Below, piece after piece: positions 29,663 to 39,600 of a stretch of 64,000 nucleotides of DNA. The DNA is taken from the NCBI GenBank assembly GCA_016935985.1, contig JAFGPW010000005.1, positions 46,815 through 110,814 of the forward strand. Reading direction: 5' to 3'. How positions within the stretch are numbered: position 1 is the first letter of the stretch; every line of letters starts with the position of its first letter. Origin of the DNA: Candidatus Woesearchaeota archaeon. GTDB lineage: Archaea; Nanobdellota; Nanobdellia; Woesearchaeales; JAFGPW01. Under the pieces are notes generated by a model. That model was not told where the DNA came from. It saw nothing but the letters and a program-made list of their open reading frames with translations, and ran no database searches. The position numbers and the translations under genes were made by a program.

Positions 29663-29869
29663 TCAGCGCGCGGCGAGCTTGATGTCACCTGCCTTCACCG
29701 TCTTCCTGCCTGCGTGGATCGCGAGCTTCACCGCGTTCGCCGCAATCTCCTCCGCGATGTCTTCGAGGACCGACTTCAGCGCCGCCTTCGCCTTGTCAGA
29801 GACACGGTCTGCTCCGCCATTCTTGAGAATGCGATCCATCGCGGCCAGTGGAATGAGTCGTTTGGTCAT
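29663..29869 (-). CDS. Archaeal histone
   Basis: IPLAAMDRILKNGGADRVSDKAK...AIHAGRKTVKAGDIKLA; GAGGGGTG SD. Confidence 0.95.
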   Translation of the reverse strand: MTKRLIPLAAMDRILKNGGADRVSDKAKAALKSVLEDIAEEIAANAVKLAIHAGRKTVKAGDIKLAAR

Positions 29870-30093
29870 CGTAGGCACCCCCTCGAAAAGCATCGATTCA
29901 CGAGTCTTTTCGTACATCAGAGCGAAATCCATGATGTATAAAAAACTTTCTCTTGCCTCCGGCCTCTGCTCGGCGTGCGAAGCGTGATTCTGTCCCGGAC
30001 GCGCCGCAGCCACCTGATCGGGACTGTGCCCCATGAGCGATGTTCCATAAAGAATAGGTCCCCCAAAGGTTTAAATCGAAGCGAAGAGAGCCT

Positions 30094-30495
30094 ATGCGTA
30101 TGAGCAGGAAAAGCATCGGCACCGCCGCCGAGCGCCAGCTGGTCGGCATGTTCTGGCAGGCCGGATGGGCGGCGGTACGGGTCGCCGGATCGGGGTCATC
30201 GCAGCACCCGAGCCCGGATGTCGTGGCAGGAGACGGCACCAGGAAGCTCGCTATCGAGTGCAAGGTAACCGAAGCGAAGGCCAAATATTTCCCAATCGAT
30301 GAGATAGCGCAGCTCGAGACCTTCGCGCGGACCTTCGGCGCTGAGCCGTGGATCGGCATCAAGTTCAAGACACTCACCTGGTATTTCCTCGCGGTCGAGG
30401 ATCTCGATCGGACCGGCACCCAGTTCTCTGCGAGCCTGCTTGCCGCCAAGCGGAAGGGACTCCTCTTCGAGGAGCTGATTGGCATCGGCAGATGA
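30094..30495 (+). CDS. hjc: Holliday junction resolvase
   Basis: G..AERQL, RVAGSG...PDVVAG...IECK. Confidence 0.92.
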   Translation: MRMSRKSIGTAAERQLVGMFWQAGWAAVRVAGSGSSQHPSPDVVAGDGTRKLAIECKVTEAKAKYFPIDEIAQLETFARTFGAEPWIGIKFKTLTWYFLAVEDLDRTGTQFSASLLAAKRKGLLFEELIGIGR

Positions 30496-30719
30496 ACTCA
30501 TTATCGGCAAGTGACGATAACGGCCTTAAGTTTTTCCGAGAAGCCTGATTCAACCGTATTTTTATGTATTTGACTTTATTAAAACCGGATTCTCCAGGCA
30601 ATCGGCGGTTCAAATAACCGAAAAGTTTATAAAGGATAATCACGAGAAAATGTATCAGTGTGTTTGTTGGGGAGCAAGCGACACTACCAACACAAGCCAG
30701 TTTCGAGTCCGGAGGTAGT

Positions 30720-31238
30720 ATGAAAATTTCAACCGCTGTACTAGAAGGGGTCATCAAGGACGTCGCCGGTGAGGATGTCATCCCGCTAGTCAGGTCTCTC
30801 AAGAACAAGAAGAACATCTCCGAGTTCAAGATCGCGGAGAACATCAACCGCGAGATCAACGAGACGCGGAACATGCTCTACCGGCTATATCATGCCAATC
30901 TCGTCTCCTTCACGCGCCGGAAGGACAAGAAGAAAGGATGGTATATCTATTACTGGACCTTCAACGCAAAAAGGGTCAAGTACCTCGTGACTGACCTCAA
31001 GCGGAAGAAGATCGACCGCCTTCGGGAGCGCCTCGAGCGCGAGCAGGCGAGCCATTTCTTCGCCTGCAACAACCGTTGCATCAGGCTGGACTTCGAGCAG
31101 GCGACCGACTTTGAGTACAAGTGCCCTGAGTGCGGGAGCCTCATGCATCAGGAAGACAACCAAGCGCAGATCGCCGAAATCTCATCCGAGATTGCGCGGC
31201 TCGAGAAGGAACTCAGGGCGACCCCTACGGGCGGATAG
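30720..31238 (+). CDS. tfe: Transcription factor E alpha
   Basis: SEFKIAE...ETRNMLYRL...GWYIYYW, Zn ribbon C...YKCPECG; GGAGG SD. Confidence 0.93.
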   Translation: MKISTAVLEGVIKDVAGEDVIPLVRSLKNKKNISEFKIAENINREINETRNMLYRLYHANLVSFTRRKDKKKGWYIYYWTFNAKRVKYLVTDLKRKKIDRLRERLEREQASHFFACNNRCIRLDFEQATDFEYKCPECGSLMHQEDNQAQIAEISSEIARLEKELRATPTGG

Positions 31239-32148
31239 GGCTTTTCTGCCTCTTGCCGAACGCTTTGAGGAAAGGATATTCCTTGAGCGCTGCCCTGATG
31301 AACTGTCTAGGGGGATGGACGCCGAGCTCTGAGACGATGCCGGTGACGAGCCGGGAATCGATATTCTCGAACGCGTAATTATCGATCTTTATCCCCTTCG
31401 GCGCCGCCGACCACACCTCTTCCGATGATCGCCGCTCGATCTCCTCATCATACCCAAAGAGCGTGTGCGGGTCCAGCTTCCAGGAATTGGTGCAGATATA
31501 GACCGGGATGCGCCGCCGGTGGGCGACCTCGCAGGCGAGCTCAGACCCTATCTTGTTGATGATCTTCGTCGGCGTGATGGCGTCGCAGCCGAGGAGCGCG
31601 ATGTCGCATTGCTTGAGCGCGTAGCGCATCGCAGAATCGACGAAATGGATGACCGGCACTCCTGCCGCCGCGAGTTCGGCGGCGGTGGTCCGTCCTTGGT
31701 AGAGGGGCCGCGTCTCGGTGTTGCGGACCGTGAAGCGCATCCCCTGCGCGTGGGCCGCCTTCAGCACTGCGACGACGGTGGAGCTATGGCAGTGGGTGTA
31801 CGCTGCTTCCTTTCCCCGCAGGAGCGGGACGCCGTACGCGACGATCCGCTGATCCCCCCTACTGAAATGGAGGATTATCGACCGGACGCGTGCCTGCATC
31901 TCCTCCAGGGTCGTCTCCTCAAACCCATGGAAGATATAGCTGAGCACGTTCCTCAGGAACGGCTCCGTCGGCCTGGCCGCCTCGAGGAGTTTCCTGTCAG
32001 CGAGCAGCCTCTGCCTGAGAGAGGCGAACGATGAGACACGGCCTGATGATAGCATATGATTGATTGCCTGCACTGCGGAGAGCGCGACGTGTTCGGCCCC
32101 TTGGACCTTCAGCGCCTTGATGTCCCTGACAAGCTGTGCGATGGTCAT
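31225..32148 (-). CDS. Ribose-1,5-bisphosphate isomerase (eIF2B-like family)
   Basis: KVQGA, RPTEP, THCHSSTV, ETRPLYQG, GCDAI, NKIGS. Confidence 0.8.
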   Translation of the reverse strand: MTIAQLVRDIKALKVQGAEHVALSAVQAINHMLSSGRVSSFASLRQRLLADRKLLEAARPTEPFLRNVLSYIFHGFEETTLEEMQARVRSIILHFSRGDQRIVAYGVPLLRGKEAAYTHCHSSTVVAVLKAAHAQGMRFTVRNTETRPLYQGRTTAAELAAAGVPVIHFVDSAMRYALKQCDIALLGCDAITPTKIINKIGSELACEVAHRRRIPVYICTNSWKLDPHTLFGYDEEIERRSSEEVWSAAPKGIKIDNYAFENIDSRLVTGIVSELGVHPPRQFIRAALKEYPFLKAFGKRQKSPIRP

Positions 32149-32202
32149 GTGAATAGGAGAAATGGTGCGGTTGGCATAAGGAAAGGAAAAAATAAAGAGG
32201 AC

Positions 32203-32430
32203 CTATTTCTTCTTAGAGGCGCCCTTCCTGCCTGAGAGCTTCGTCTCGATGCGCCGCTCTTCGGCCTCTATCTTGAGCTCCTCTTTCGCGATCTTCTCGG
32301 TCATCTTCTCTATGTTGATGTCAATCCTCGCAATCCGCCTCTCCAGCAGCACCAGGACGCGGAGACTGTAGACGATCGCGGCGAGCGTACCGATGATGAT
32401 CGCTAGAATGATAACCTGCAGCTCTGCCAT
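32203..32430 (-). CDS. Small membrane protein with coiled-coil tail
   Basis: GGAGGT SD; N-terminal TM followed by a charged helix. Confidence 0.7.
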   Translation of the reverse strand: MAELQVIILAIIIGTLAAIVYSLRVLVLLERRIARIDINIEKMTEKIAKEELKIEAEERRIETKLSGRKGASKKK

Positions 32431-32550
32431 TTTGCACTGGACCTCCTTTTTTTCAAAATAGGTAATGGTAACTAGGACTGATTATGGAGGTCCTTATATA
32501 AAAATCTTTCCCTCATTGACGAGGATAAAAGAAATGACTGGCGGGTGGGT

Positions 32551-33369
32551 TCAGCCTTTGACTGTCTTTACCGGCTGCACGGTCTTCCACATGACGTCAA
32601 ACATCGACTCGATCGCCGAGGCGAAGAGCTCGGTGTTCACCCAGACGCCGACATCGTAGGAGGGATGGACATTCGCGTCATCGAGCAACATGAAGAGCAG
32701 CTCTTTGCCATCGACCACACAGAAGCGCGCCTTGAGTCCCTTGACATCCCTGACCTCAGCTATCCCTTTGAGCCTGTCGAAGTGATTAGCCGCTCCTTTC
32801 GAGAGGGGGGCGGCGATCCTTATGCTGACCCCGCGCTTCTTCGCCTTCTCGAGCTGCACCTTGAAGGTTTCCACCTTCCGCATGAACCCCTGATCCGAGG
32901 TCACGATCATGATGGAGGTCTCCGCTGACTTGATCATGGTGTCAAGATGCTCGTAGAGGTTGCTCCTTCCCCTGAAGGAACCGGTGATGTCAGAAGGCTC
33001 GACGAGGTCGACCCCTTGGTTGTGCAGGAGGGTGAGTTCAGAAAGAACCTCACTTCCCTTGAGATCATCGAGCAGACGGGTGCTTGTCGCCGAATCCTCG
33101 ACGATCTTCTTCTTGACCCGTTCGAGGACCTCCGACGGCGGGACCGCGATATATTTGATCGGCTTGCCGATCTTCATGATGATGAACCCTTTCTTCTCCA
33201 GGGATTCGAGCACATCATAGGATCTGGATCGGGGAACGTTGGCGATGTCAGATAGCTCACCGGCAGTCGAGACTCCGCGGGAGAGCAGCGCGGTCCAGAG
33301 CTTGCTCTCATAGGTGTTGAGCCCGAATGCCTTGAGCTTGTTCAAAAAGTCCTTCTGCACAATCATCAT
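32551..33369 (-). CDS. TrmB-family regulator/chromatin protein (copy 2)
   Basis: Paralog of 3051-3866 with identical ALLSRGVSTAGELSDIANVPRSRSYDVLESLEKKGF. Confidence 0.9.
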   Translation of the reverse strand: MMIVQKDFLNKLKAFGLNTYESKLWTALLSRGVSTAGELSDIANVPRSRSYDVLESLEKKGFIIMKIGKPIKYIAVPPSEVLERVKKKIVEDSATSTRLLDDLKGSEVLSELTLLHNQGVDLVEPSDITGSFRGRSNLYEHLDTMIKSAETSIMIVTSDQGFMRKVETFKVQLEKAKKRGVSIRIAAPLSKGAANHFDRLKGIAEVRDVKGLKARFCVVDGKELLFMLLDDANVHPSYDVGVWVNTELFASAIESMFDVMWKTVQPVKTVKG

Positions 33370-33419
33370 GGAACCCCGCAATAGTCGATGTATGGAGTGT
33401 AATGGGAAAGGGGAAGGCC

Positions 33420-33890
33420 GAGGTAATATAAATATGTTTCTAATTTTACTATATGACAGTGATAAAAAAATTATCATAAGGGGAGACACCATGATTTCGT
33501 GTGGAAGGGTCTGTTTCAAATGGAGTAATCTCCAGCAACAACCATGATGCTGTGAATAATATATAGTAAGATATATTTTATAAAATATATTACTAAAAAG
33601 ATATATTATCATATATATTATATATTTATTTCTATATAGAAAATAAATAATAAGAGAATGACCTGATTTTAATTAGACGAGAATCCTATGCAATGATACG
33701 AAAATCCTTCACCTTCATCTCTAACACACACACTCAAACATCATCAATGGCGTCTTATGAGTCACTTCAGGTTCTTCACAGGAAGATTACCTACTCCTCT
33801 CCTTTCCCTATCTCCACAAGAAATGAAGGGGTGTCATGCACTATGCAGAATGCAAATGCATATATACCCCCGCTTCATCTGGAAACTCTC
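33420..33890. other. Probable replication origin (oriC): ORB elements and AT-rich DUE
   Basis: ORB-like TCTCCACAAGAAATGAAGGGGT (33811-33832, +), TTTCCAGATGAAGCGGGGGT (33866-33885, -), mini-ORBs TTCCACACGAAATC and CTCCATTTGAAAC (33493-33525, -); very AT-rich 33555-33675; adjacent to cdc6. Confidence 0.85.
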
Positions 33891-35099
33891 ATGAAATCGA
33901 ACTCCCTTACCCCTTTCTTCGAATCATTCCTCAAGAAGGATTCCCTGTTCCTCGACAAGACGGTGCTGCAGAGCGTCTACACGCCTGACACGATCCTGCA
34001 TCGAGACGACCAAATCAAAGTCGTCGCGAACATCCTCGCACCGGCGCTCAGGCTCGACAAGCCATCGAATCTCTTCATCTACGGCAAGACCGGCACCGGA
34101 AAGACCCTGACCATCAAATTCGTATCGTCCCAGATGGAGGAGATGGCGCGCTCCCAAGGCATCCCGCTTCATATCCGCTACCTCAACTGCAAGCTCAAGA
34201 AGATCGCCGACACAGAATACCGGCTCGTCGCGCAACTTGCCCGCGAGCTCGGCAAGGCGATACCGCCGACAGGGCTCCCGACAGACGAGGTCTACAAGAT
34301 ATTCTTCGACGCCGTCGACACGGAGCGGAAGCTCGTCATCCTCATCCTCGACGAGATAGACCAGCTCGTCACGAAGGCGGGGGACGAGATACTCTACAAC
34401 CTCACCAGGATCAATTCAGAGCTCAAGCAGAGCCAGATATCCCTCATCGGCATATCGAACAGCCTCGTCTTCACCGACCATCTCGATCCGCGCATCAAGT
34501 CATCGCTCTCGGAAGAGGAGGTCGTCTTCCCCCCCTACAACGCGCTTCAGATACAGAACATACTCAAACGCAGGGCGCGGCTCGCGTTCAAGGAAGGCGT
34601 ACTCTCCGAAGGGGTCATCGAGAAATGCGCCGCCTACGCGGCGAGGGAGCACGGCGACGCGCGGCGGGCTCTCGAGCTCCTCCGGGTCGCGGGCGAGGTG
34701 GCGGAACGGAACCAGCGGGAGATCGTGATGATAGCAGACATCGACGAGGCCGAGGATAAGATCGAGCGGGACCGCATCATCGACATCGTGAGGACCCAAC
34801 CGAAGCAGTACCAGCTCACCCTCGCCGCGATACTCTCATCCCATCAGCACACCAAGGACAGCATGGTCACCGGCGACGTGTACGACACCTACAGGCGCCT
34901 CTGCATCAAGGCGGGACTGCGGCCGCTCACCCAGCGGCGGGTCTCGGACATCATCGCCGAGTTCGACATGCTCGGCCTCATCAACACCAAGGTCGTCTCG
35001 AAGGGGAGATATGGGAGGACGAGGGAGATAGTGTTCTCAATACCAGGGGAGATCATCCCCCGGGTGCGCGCGATACTCGACGAGAACTATGTACCATGA
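33891..35099 (+). CDS. cdc6: Orc1/Cdc6 replication initiator
   Basis: YTP..ILHRDDQI, GKTGTGKT, ILDEID, GDARRAL, wHTH SKGRYGRT. Confidence 0.96.
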   Translation: MKSNSLTPFFESFLKKDSLFLDKTVLQSVYTPDTILHRDDQIKVVANILAPALRLDKPSNLFIYGKTGTGKTLTIKFVSSQMEEMARSQGIPLHIRYLNCKLKKIADTEYRLVAQLARELGKAIPPTGLPTDEVYKIFFDAVDTERKLVILILDEIDQLVTKAGDEILYNLTRINSELKQSQISLIGISNSLVFTDHLDPRIKSSLSEEEVVFPPYNALQIQNILKRRARLAFKEGVLSEGVIEKCAAYAAREHGDARRALELLRVAGEVAERNQREIVMIADIDEAEDKIERDRIIDIVRTQPKQYQLTLAAILSSHQHTKDSMVTGDVYDTYRRLCIKAGLRPLTQRRVSDIIAEFDMLGLINTKVVSKGRYGRTREIVFSIPGEIIPRVRAILDENYVP

Positions 35100-36643
35100 C
35101 CCCGGCGCAGGAATCGGTCGCGGAACAGAAGCGGTTCGTCGCGGAACTGCTCAAGAGGGGGATCCTAATGAGCGACGACTTCCTCGACGAGGCCGGCGGC
35201 CGCTCAGCCAAGCTCGTCCTCGAACGGCTCAGAAGCGACCTGCCTGACGACGACCTGCTGGTGATCGACCGCCAGACCGCCTCATCGCTCGCCGGGATCA
35301 CCCTAGAGACCGGATCCCCTGGCCGCCAGGCCCAAGCGATACGCGCAGCCGGTGCGCCAGGACGAGGTCCGGCAGCGGATGCAGGCGACGCGCGCGTGAC
35401 GGTTGTCAGGTCGTTCGTCGAGGAGTCAAAGAAGCGCGAGATACAGGATTTCATCGATTACTTCTCGATCCGGTACGCCTCGATCCAGCGACTGCTCGCC
35501 TCGCGGCACGAGCTCTCGAACCCGATGGCGATCGCCCGCGTGCTCGCGAAGCGGGAGAAGGAAGGGGTGAGCATCATCGGCATGGTGAAGGAGATATCCC
35601 ACACCAAGAACAAGAACCTCATCCTCACCGTCGAGGACCCGACCGGCGAGATACAGGTCCTCATCAGCAAGAACAAGCCGGAGCTCTACGACCAGGCCTT
35701 AGACATCGTGCTCGATGAGGTCATCGGCATCGTCGGCGTCTCGGGAGAAAGAATCGTCTTCGCGAACAATGTCGTGTGGCCCGACGTGCCGGCGCTCGTG
35801 GAGCAGAAGTCCTCGCCGCGCGAGGGGAATGTCGCGTTCATCGGCGACCTGCACCTCGGCGCGAAGACCTTCCTGTACGAGAAGTTCGACAAGCTCATCA
35901 AGTGGCTGTGCGGCGAGATGGGCAGTGACGCGCAGCGGGAGCTCGCCTCGAGCATCAAATACCTCATCTTCGTCGGGGACCTCGTCGAAGGTGTCGGGAT
36001 CTATCCCGGCCAGGAGGACGATCTCGTGATCAAGGACATCTACCTGCAGTATGACGAGTTCACGAAATTCCTGCTCAGGCTCCCGAAGGACAAGAAGATC
36101 ATCATTTGCCCCGGCAACCACGACGCGATGCGGGTCGCAGAGCCCCAGCCGCCGCTCTATCCGGACTTCGCCGAGGCTCTCTACAAGCTCCCGAACGTCG
36201 TGATGGTCTCCAACCCGAGCCTGATCAACATCGATGCCGGCGGCGGCTTCCCCGGCTTTGACGTACTGCTCTACCACGGCTATTCATTTCCCTTCTTCGC
36301 CGACAACGTCGAGAGCATCCGGCGAAACGGCGGGCAGCGGCGCGTCGACCTCATCATGAAATTCCTCATGAAGCGCCGGCACCTCGCTCCGACGCAGGGG
36401 TCGGCTCCCTATGTCCCCTACACAACCGAGGACCCCCTGTTCATCGACTCGGTTCCTGACTTCTTCGTCTCGGGCCACATCCACCGGACCTCGGTCACCA
36501 CCTACCGGGGCATCACGATGATCAACGCGTCCTGCTGGGTGGGGAAGACCGACTACCAGGAGAAGATCGGGCTCGAGCCCGAGCCGGCCCGGGTGCCGAT
36601 CGTGAACCTCAGGACGCGGCAGGTGAAGGTGCTCAAGTTCTGA
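35096..36643 (+). CDS. polB: DNA polymerase D small subunit DP1
   Basis: OB domain EDPTG; GDLHLG, GDLVEGVGIYPGQ, PGNHD, YHG, RRHLAP, GHIH. Confidence 0.95.
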   Translation: MTPAQESVAEQKRFVAELLKRGILMSDDFLDEAGGRSAKLVLERLRSDLPDDDLLVIDRQTASSLAGITLETGSPGRQAQAIRAAGAPGRGPAADAGDARVTVVRSFVEESKKREIQDFIDYFSIRYASIQRLLASRHELSNPMAIARVLAKREKEGVSIIGMVKEISHTKNKNLILTVEDPTGEIQVLISKNKPELYDQALDIVLDEVIGIVGVSGERIVFANNVVWPDVPALVEQKSSPREGNVAFIGDLHLGAKTFLYEKFDKLIKWLCGEMGSDAQRELASSIKYLIFVGDLVEGVGIYPGQEDDLVIKDIYLQYDEFTKFLLRLPKDKKIIICPGNHDAMRVAEPQPPLYPDFAEALYKLPNVVMVSNPSLINIDAGGGFPGFDVLLYHGYSFPFFADNVESIRRNGGQRRVDLIMKFLMKRRHLAPTQGSAPYVPYTTEDPLFIDSVPDFFVSGHIHRTSVTTYRGITMINASCWVGKTDYQEKIGLEPEPARVPIVNLRTRQVKVLKF

Positions 36644-36660
36644 CTCAGAGAGAAGGCGAC

Positions 36661-39600
36661 ATGGCAAAAGACGAGCCCGACCGGACCGAGCAGCGTATCA
36701 CGGCCTATTTCCGGGAGATGGAGCGCCAGGTGAAGGAAGCGCACGGCATAGCGACCGCCGCCAAGCGCAAGGGATACGACCCGCTCCGCGAGGTGGACGT
36801 CAAGCTCGCGAAGAACATGGCAGAACGGGTCGTCGGCTTCATCTCCATCGTCGCGCCGCAGCTGCAGGACTCCGGGCTCACCGGCCGGATTCAGGAGCTC
36901 GAGAAGCAGTACGGTATCCTCGCCTGGGAGGTGGCGCTCATCATCGCCGAGGAGGTCGCGAAGCAGAAGTTCTGCTCCTTCAAGGACGAGCGCGAGGCGA
37001 TGGAGGTCGGCATCAGGACCGGGTTCGCCTACCATACCCTCGGGATCGTCGCGGCGCCGCTCGAGGGGTTCATCGAGCTCCATATCAAGGAGCGCGCCGA
37101 CGGCGGGAGGTATGTCGCTCCCTTCTACGCGGGGCCGATCCGGGGCGCCGGCGGCACCGCCGCCTCGGTCTCGGTCATCATCACCGATTATGTCAGGACC
37201 AAGATGGGGTATGGCGCTTACGACCCGACGGAGGACGAGATAAGGCGGTACATCACCGAGATCAATGACTACCACAGCCATATCACGAACCTGCAGTACC
37301 ACCCCTCAGATGCCGAGATAGATTTCCTCGTCCGGCACCTGCCGGTCGAGATCAACGGCGATCCGACCGAACAGTTCGAGGTGTCGAACTACAAGGGGCT
37401 GCCGCGTGTCGAGACCGACCGCCTGCGTGGCGGCGTGTGCCTCGTGATCGCGGAGGGGATATCCCAGAAGGCGCCGAAGATTTGGAAGCGCCTCTCCAAA
37501 TGGGGTAAGGACTTCGGCCTGAACTGGGGATTCATCGAGGAGTTCCTGAGTCTCCAGAAGAAGATCAAGGCGCAACAGAGGATCGAGGGGAAGAAGGACG
37601 CGGGATCGAAGATATCGCCGAACTACACCTACATCAAGGACCTGGTCGCCGGACGGCCAGTGCTCACCCACCCGATGGCCGACGGAGGCTTTCGGCTGCG
37701 GTACGGCAGGAGCAGGATCAGCGGCTTCTCGGCGGCGGCGATCAACCCGGCGACGACATACCTCCTCAACCGCTACATCGCGACCGGCACCCAGCTGAAG
37801 GTCGAGCGGCCAGGGAAAGCGTGCTCGGTCGTCCCCAACGATTACATCGAAGGCCCGCTGGTCGAGCTCGCTGACGGGACGGTGAAACGGATCGAGAGCG
37901 AGAGCGAAGCGAAGGAGGCGGCACCGAACCTCGTGAGCATCCTCTACCTCGGCGACATACTCTTCAACTACGGCGACTTCTCGGAGAACGGCCACGTGCT
38001 CGCGCCCGCCGGCTATGTCGAAGAGTGGTGGGTGCTCGATCTCGAGAAGGCGGTGGTCGACCTCTTCGGCAACCTCGACACCGACAAGCTCGCCGACCTC
38101 CTCGACATACAAAAGGAGACGCTCGACCGGATCCTCGATGACCCCCGGGCGCGGAACGTCCCGCCGGGCCTGCTCATACGGGTGTGCGGCAAGCTCGGCA
38201 TCCCGCTCCATCCGCGCCTGCTCTATTACTGGAAGGGGTTCCCCCTCGACAGCATGCGGCAGCTGTACGCGGCGATCGGCACGGCGGCGATCAAGACCGG
38301 CCAGGACGGGCCTGAGAAAATCGTCATCCCCTACACGCAGGAGACGAAAGGGCTGCTCGGGCTGCTCGGCGTCCCGCACCTGCTCGTCGCGGGCGAGAAC
38401 ATCGTCATCGGGCATGACGACACCGTCGCGCTCCTGCACACCCTCGGCATCGTAACTGCGGACGATATCCCCCTGCGCCTGGCATCGCTGCCGGAGAGTT
38501 CAGGCGCCGGCCTGCTCGCCCATCTCAGCGCCGTGTCAGGGACGGCCATCAAGGACCGGGCGGGGACCTTCATCGGCGCGCGCATGGGACGGCCTGAGAA
38601 GGCGAAGATGCGCAAGCTCGTCGGCGGGCCGCACGCGCTCTTCCCTGTCGGGACCGAAGGCGGCCGGCTGCGTAGCTTCCAGTCCGCGCTCGCGGCAGGC
38701 AAGGTGACCTCCGACTTCCCCATCTACCGGTGCGCCTCCTGCGCCCAGGACACCATCTACGCGGTCTGCGAGTCGTGCGGCAAGGAGACCTCCCGTCTGT
38801 TCATCGCGCCTGACGGGACGGTCACCGCCACGAGGGACGACGACAGCATCCCCTACCGGAGGACCGCCATCGACATAAACAGGCACTTCAAGGAGACCCT
38901 CGCCATGCTCAGGATGAAGACCTTCCCCGACCTCATCAAGGGCGTGCGCGGGACGAGCAACAAGGACCACGTCCCCGAGCACCTCGCGAAAGGGATCCTC
39001 CGCGCCAAGCACGACGTCTACGTCAACAAGGACGGGACCACCCGGTACGACATGTCCGAGGTGCCGATCACCCACTTCCGGCCCGTGGAGATAGGAACCC
39101 CGGTCGAGCGCCTCAGGGAGCTCGGCTATACCCATGACCTGCATGGCAGGGAGCTCAGCGACCCGAACCAGATCGTCGAGATCATGCCCCAGGATGTCAT
39201 CCTGCCAGGAAGCGATTCCATGTTCGACGAGTCAGCCGCGCGCGTCCTCTTCAGGGTCGCGAACTTTGTCGACGACCTCCTCGTCGGCCTCTACGGCCTG
39301 AAGCCCTTCTACCGGCTGACGTCGGCGGACGACCTCGTCGGCCACCTCATCGTCGGCCTCGCGCCGCACATCTCCGCCGGGATGGTCGGCCGCATCATCG
39401 GGTTCTCGAAGACGCAGGGCTTCTTCGCCCATCCCCTCTACCACGCGGCGCTCCGCAGGGACTGCGACGGCGACGAGGCGTGCGTCATCATGCTCATGGA
39501 CTGCCTGGTGAACTTCTCGCGGCTCTACCTGCCGAACAACCGCGGAGGGCGCACGATGGACGCGCCGCTGGTGCTCACCTCCAAGCTCGTGCCGACGGAG

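Noticed and set aside
29870-30034. Apparent 55-aa N-terminal histone tail
   Set aside because: A TATA box and SD lie within the extension; the true start is 29869.
29975-30040. Possible second C/D-like RNA (GTGATT...CTGA...ATGA with GTCCCG/CGGGAC stem) between histone and hjc
   Set aside because: No C' box, very short terminal stem, no recognisable rRNA/tRNA complement.
33370-33890. ORF-track N-terminal extensions of trmB copy 2 (to 33612) and cdc6 (from 33693)
   Set aside because: They run through non-coding origin DNA; family-like sequence starts at 33369 and 33891.
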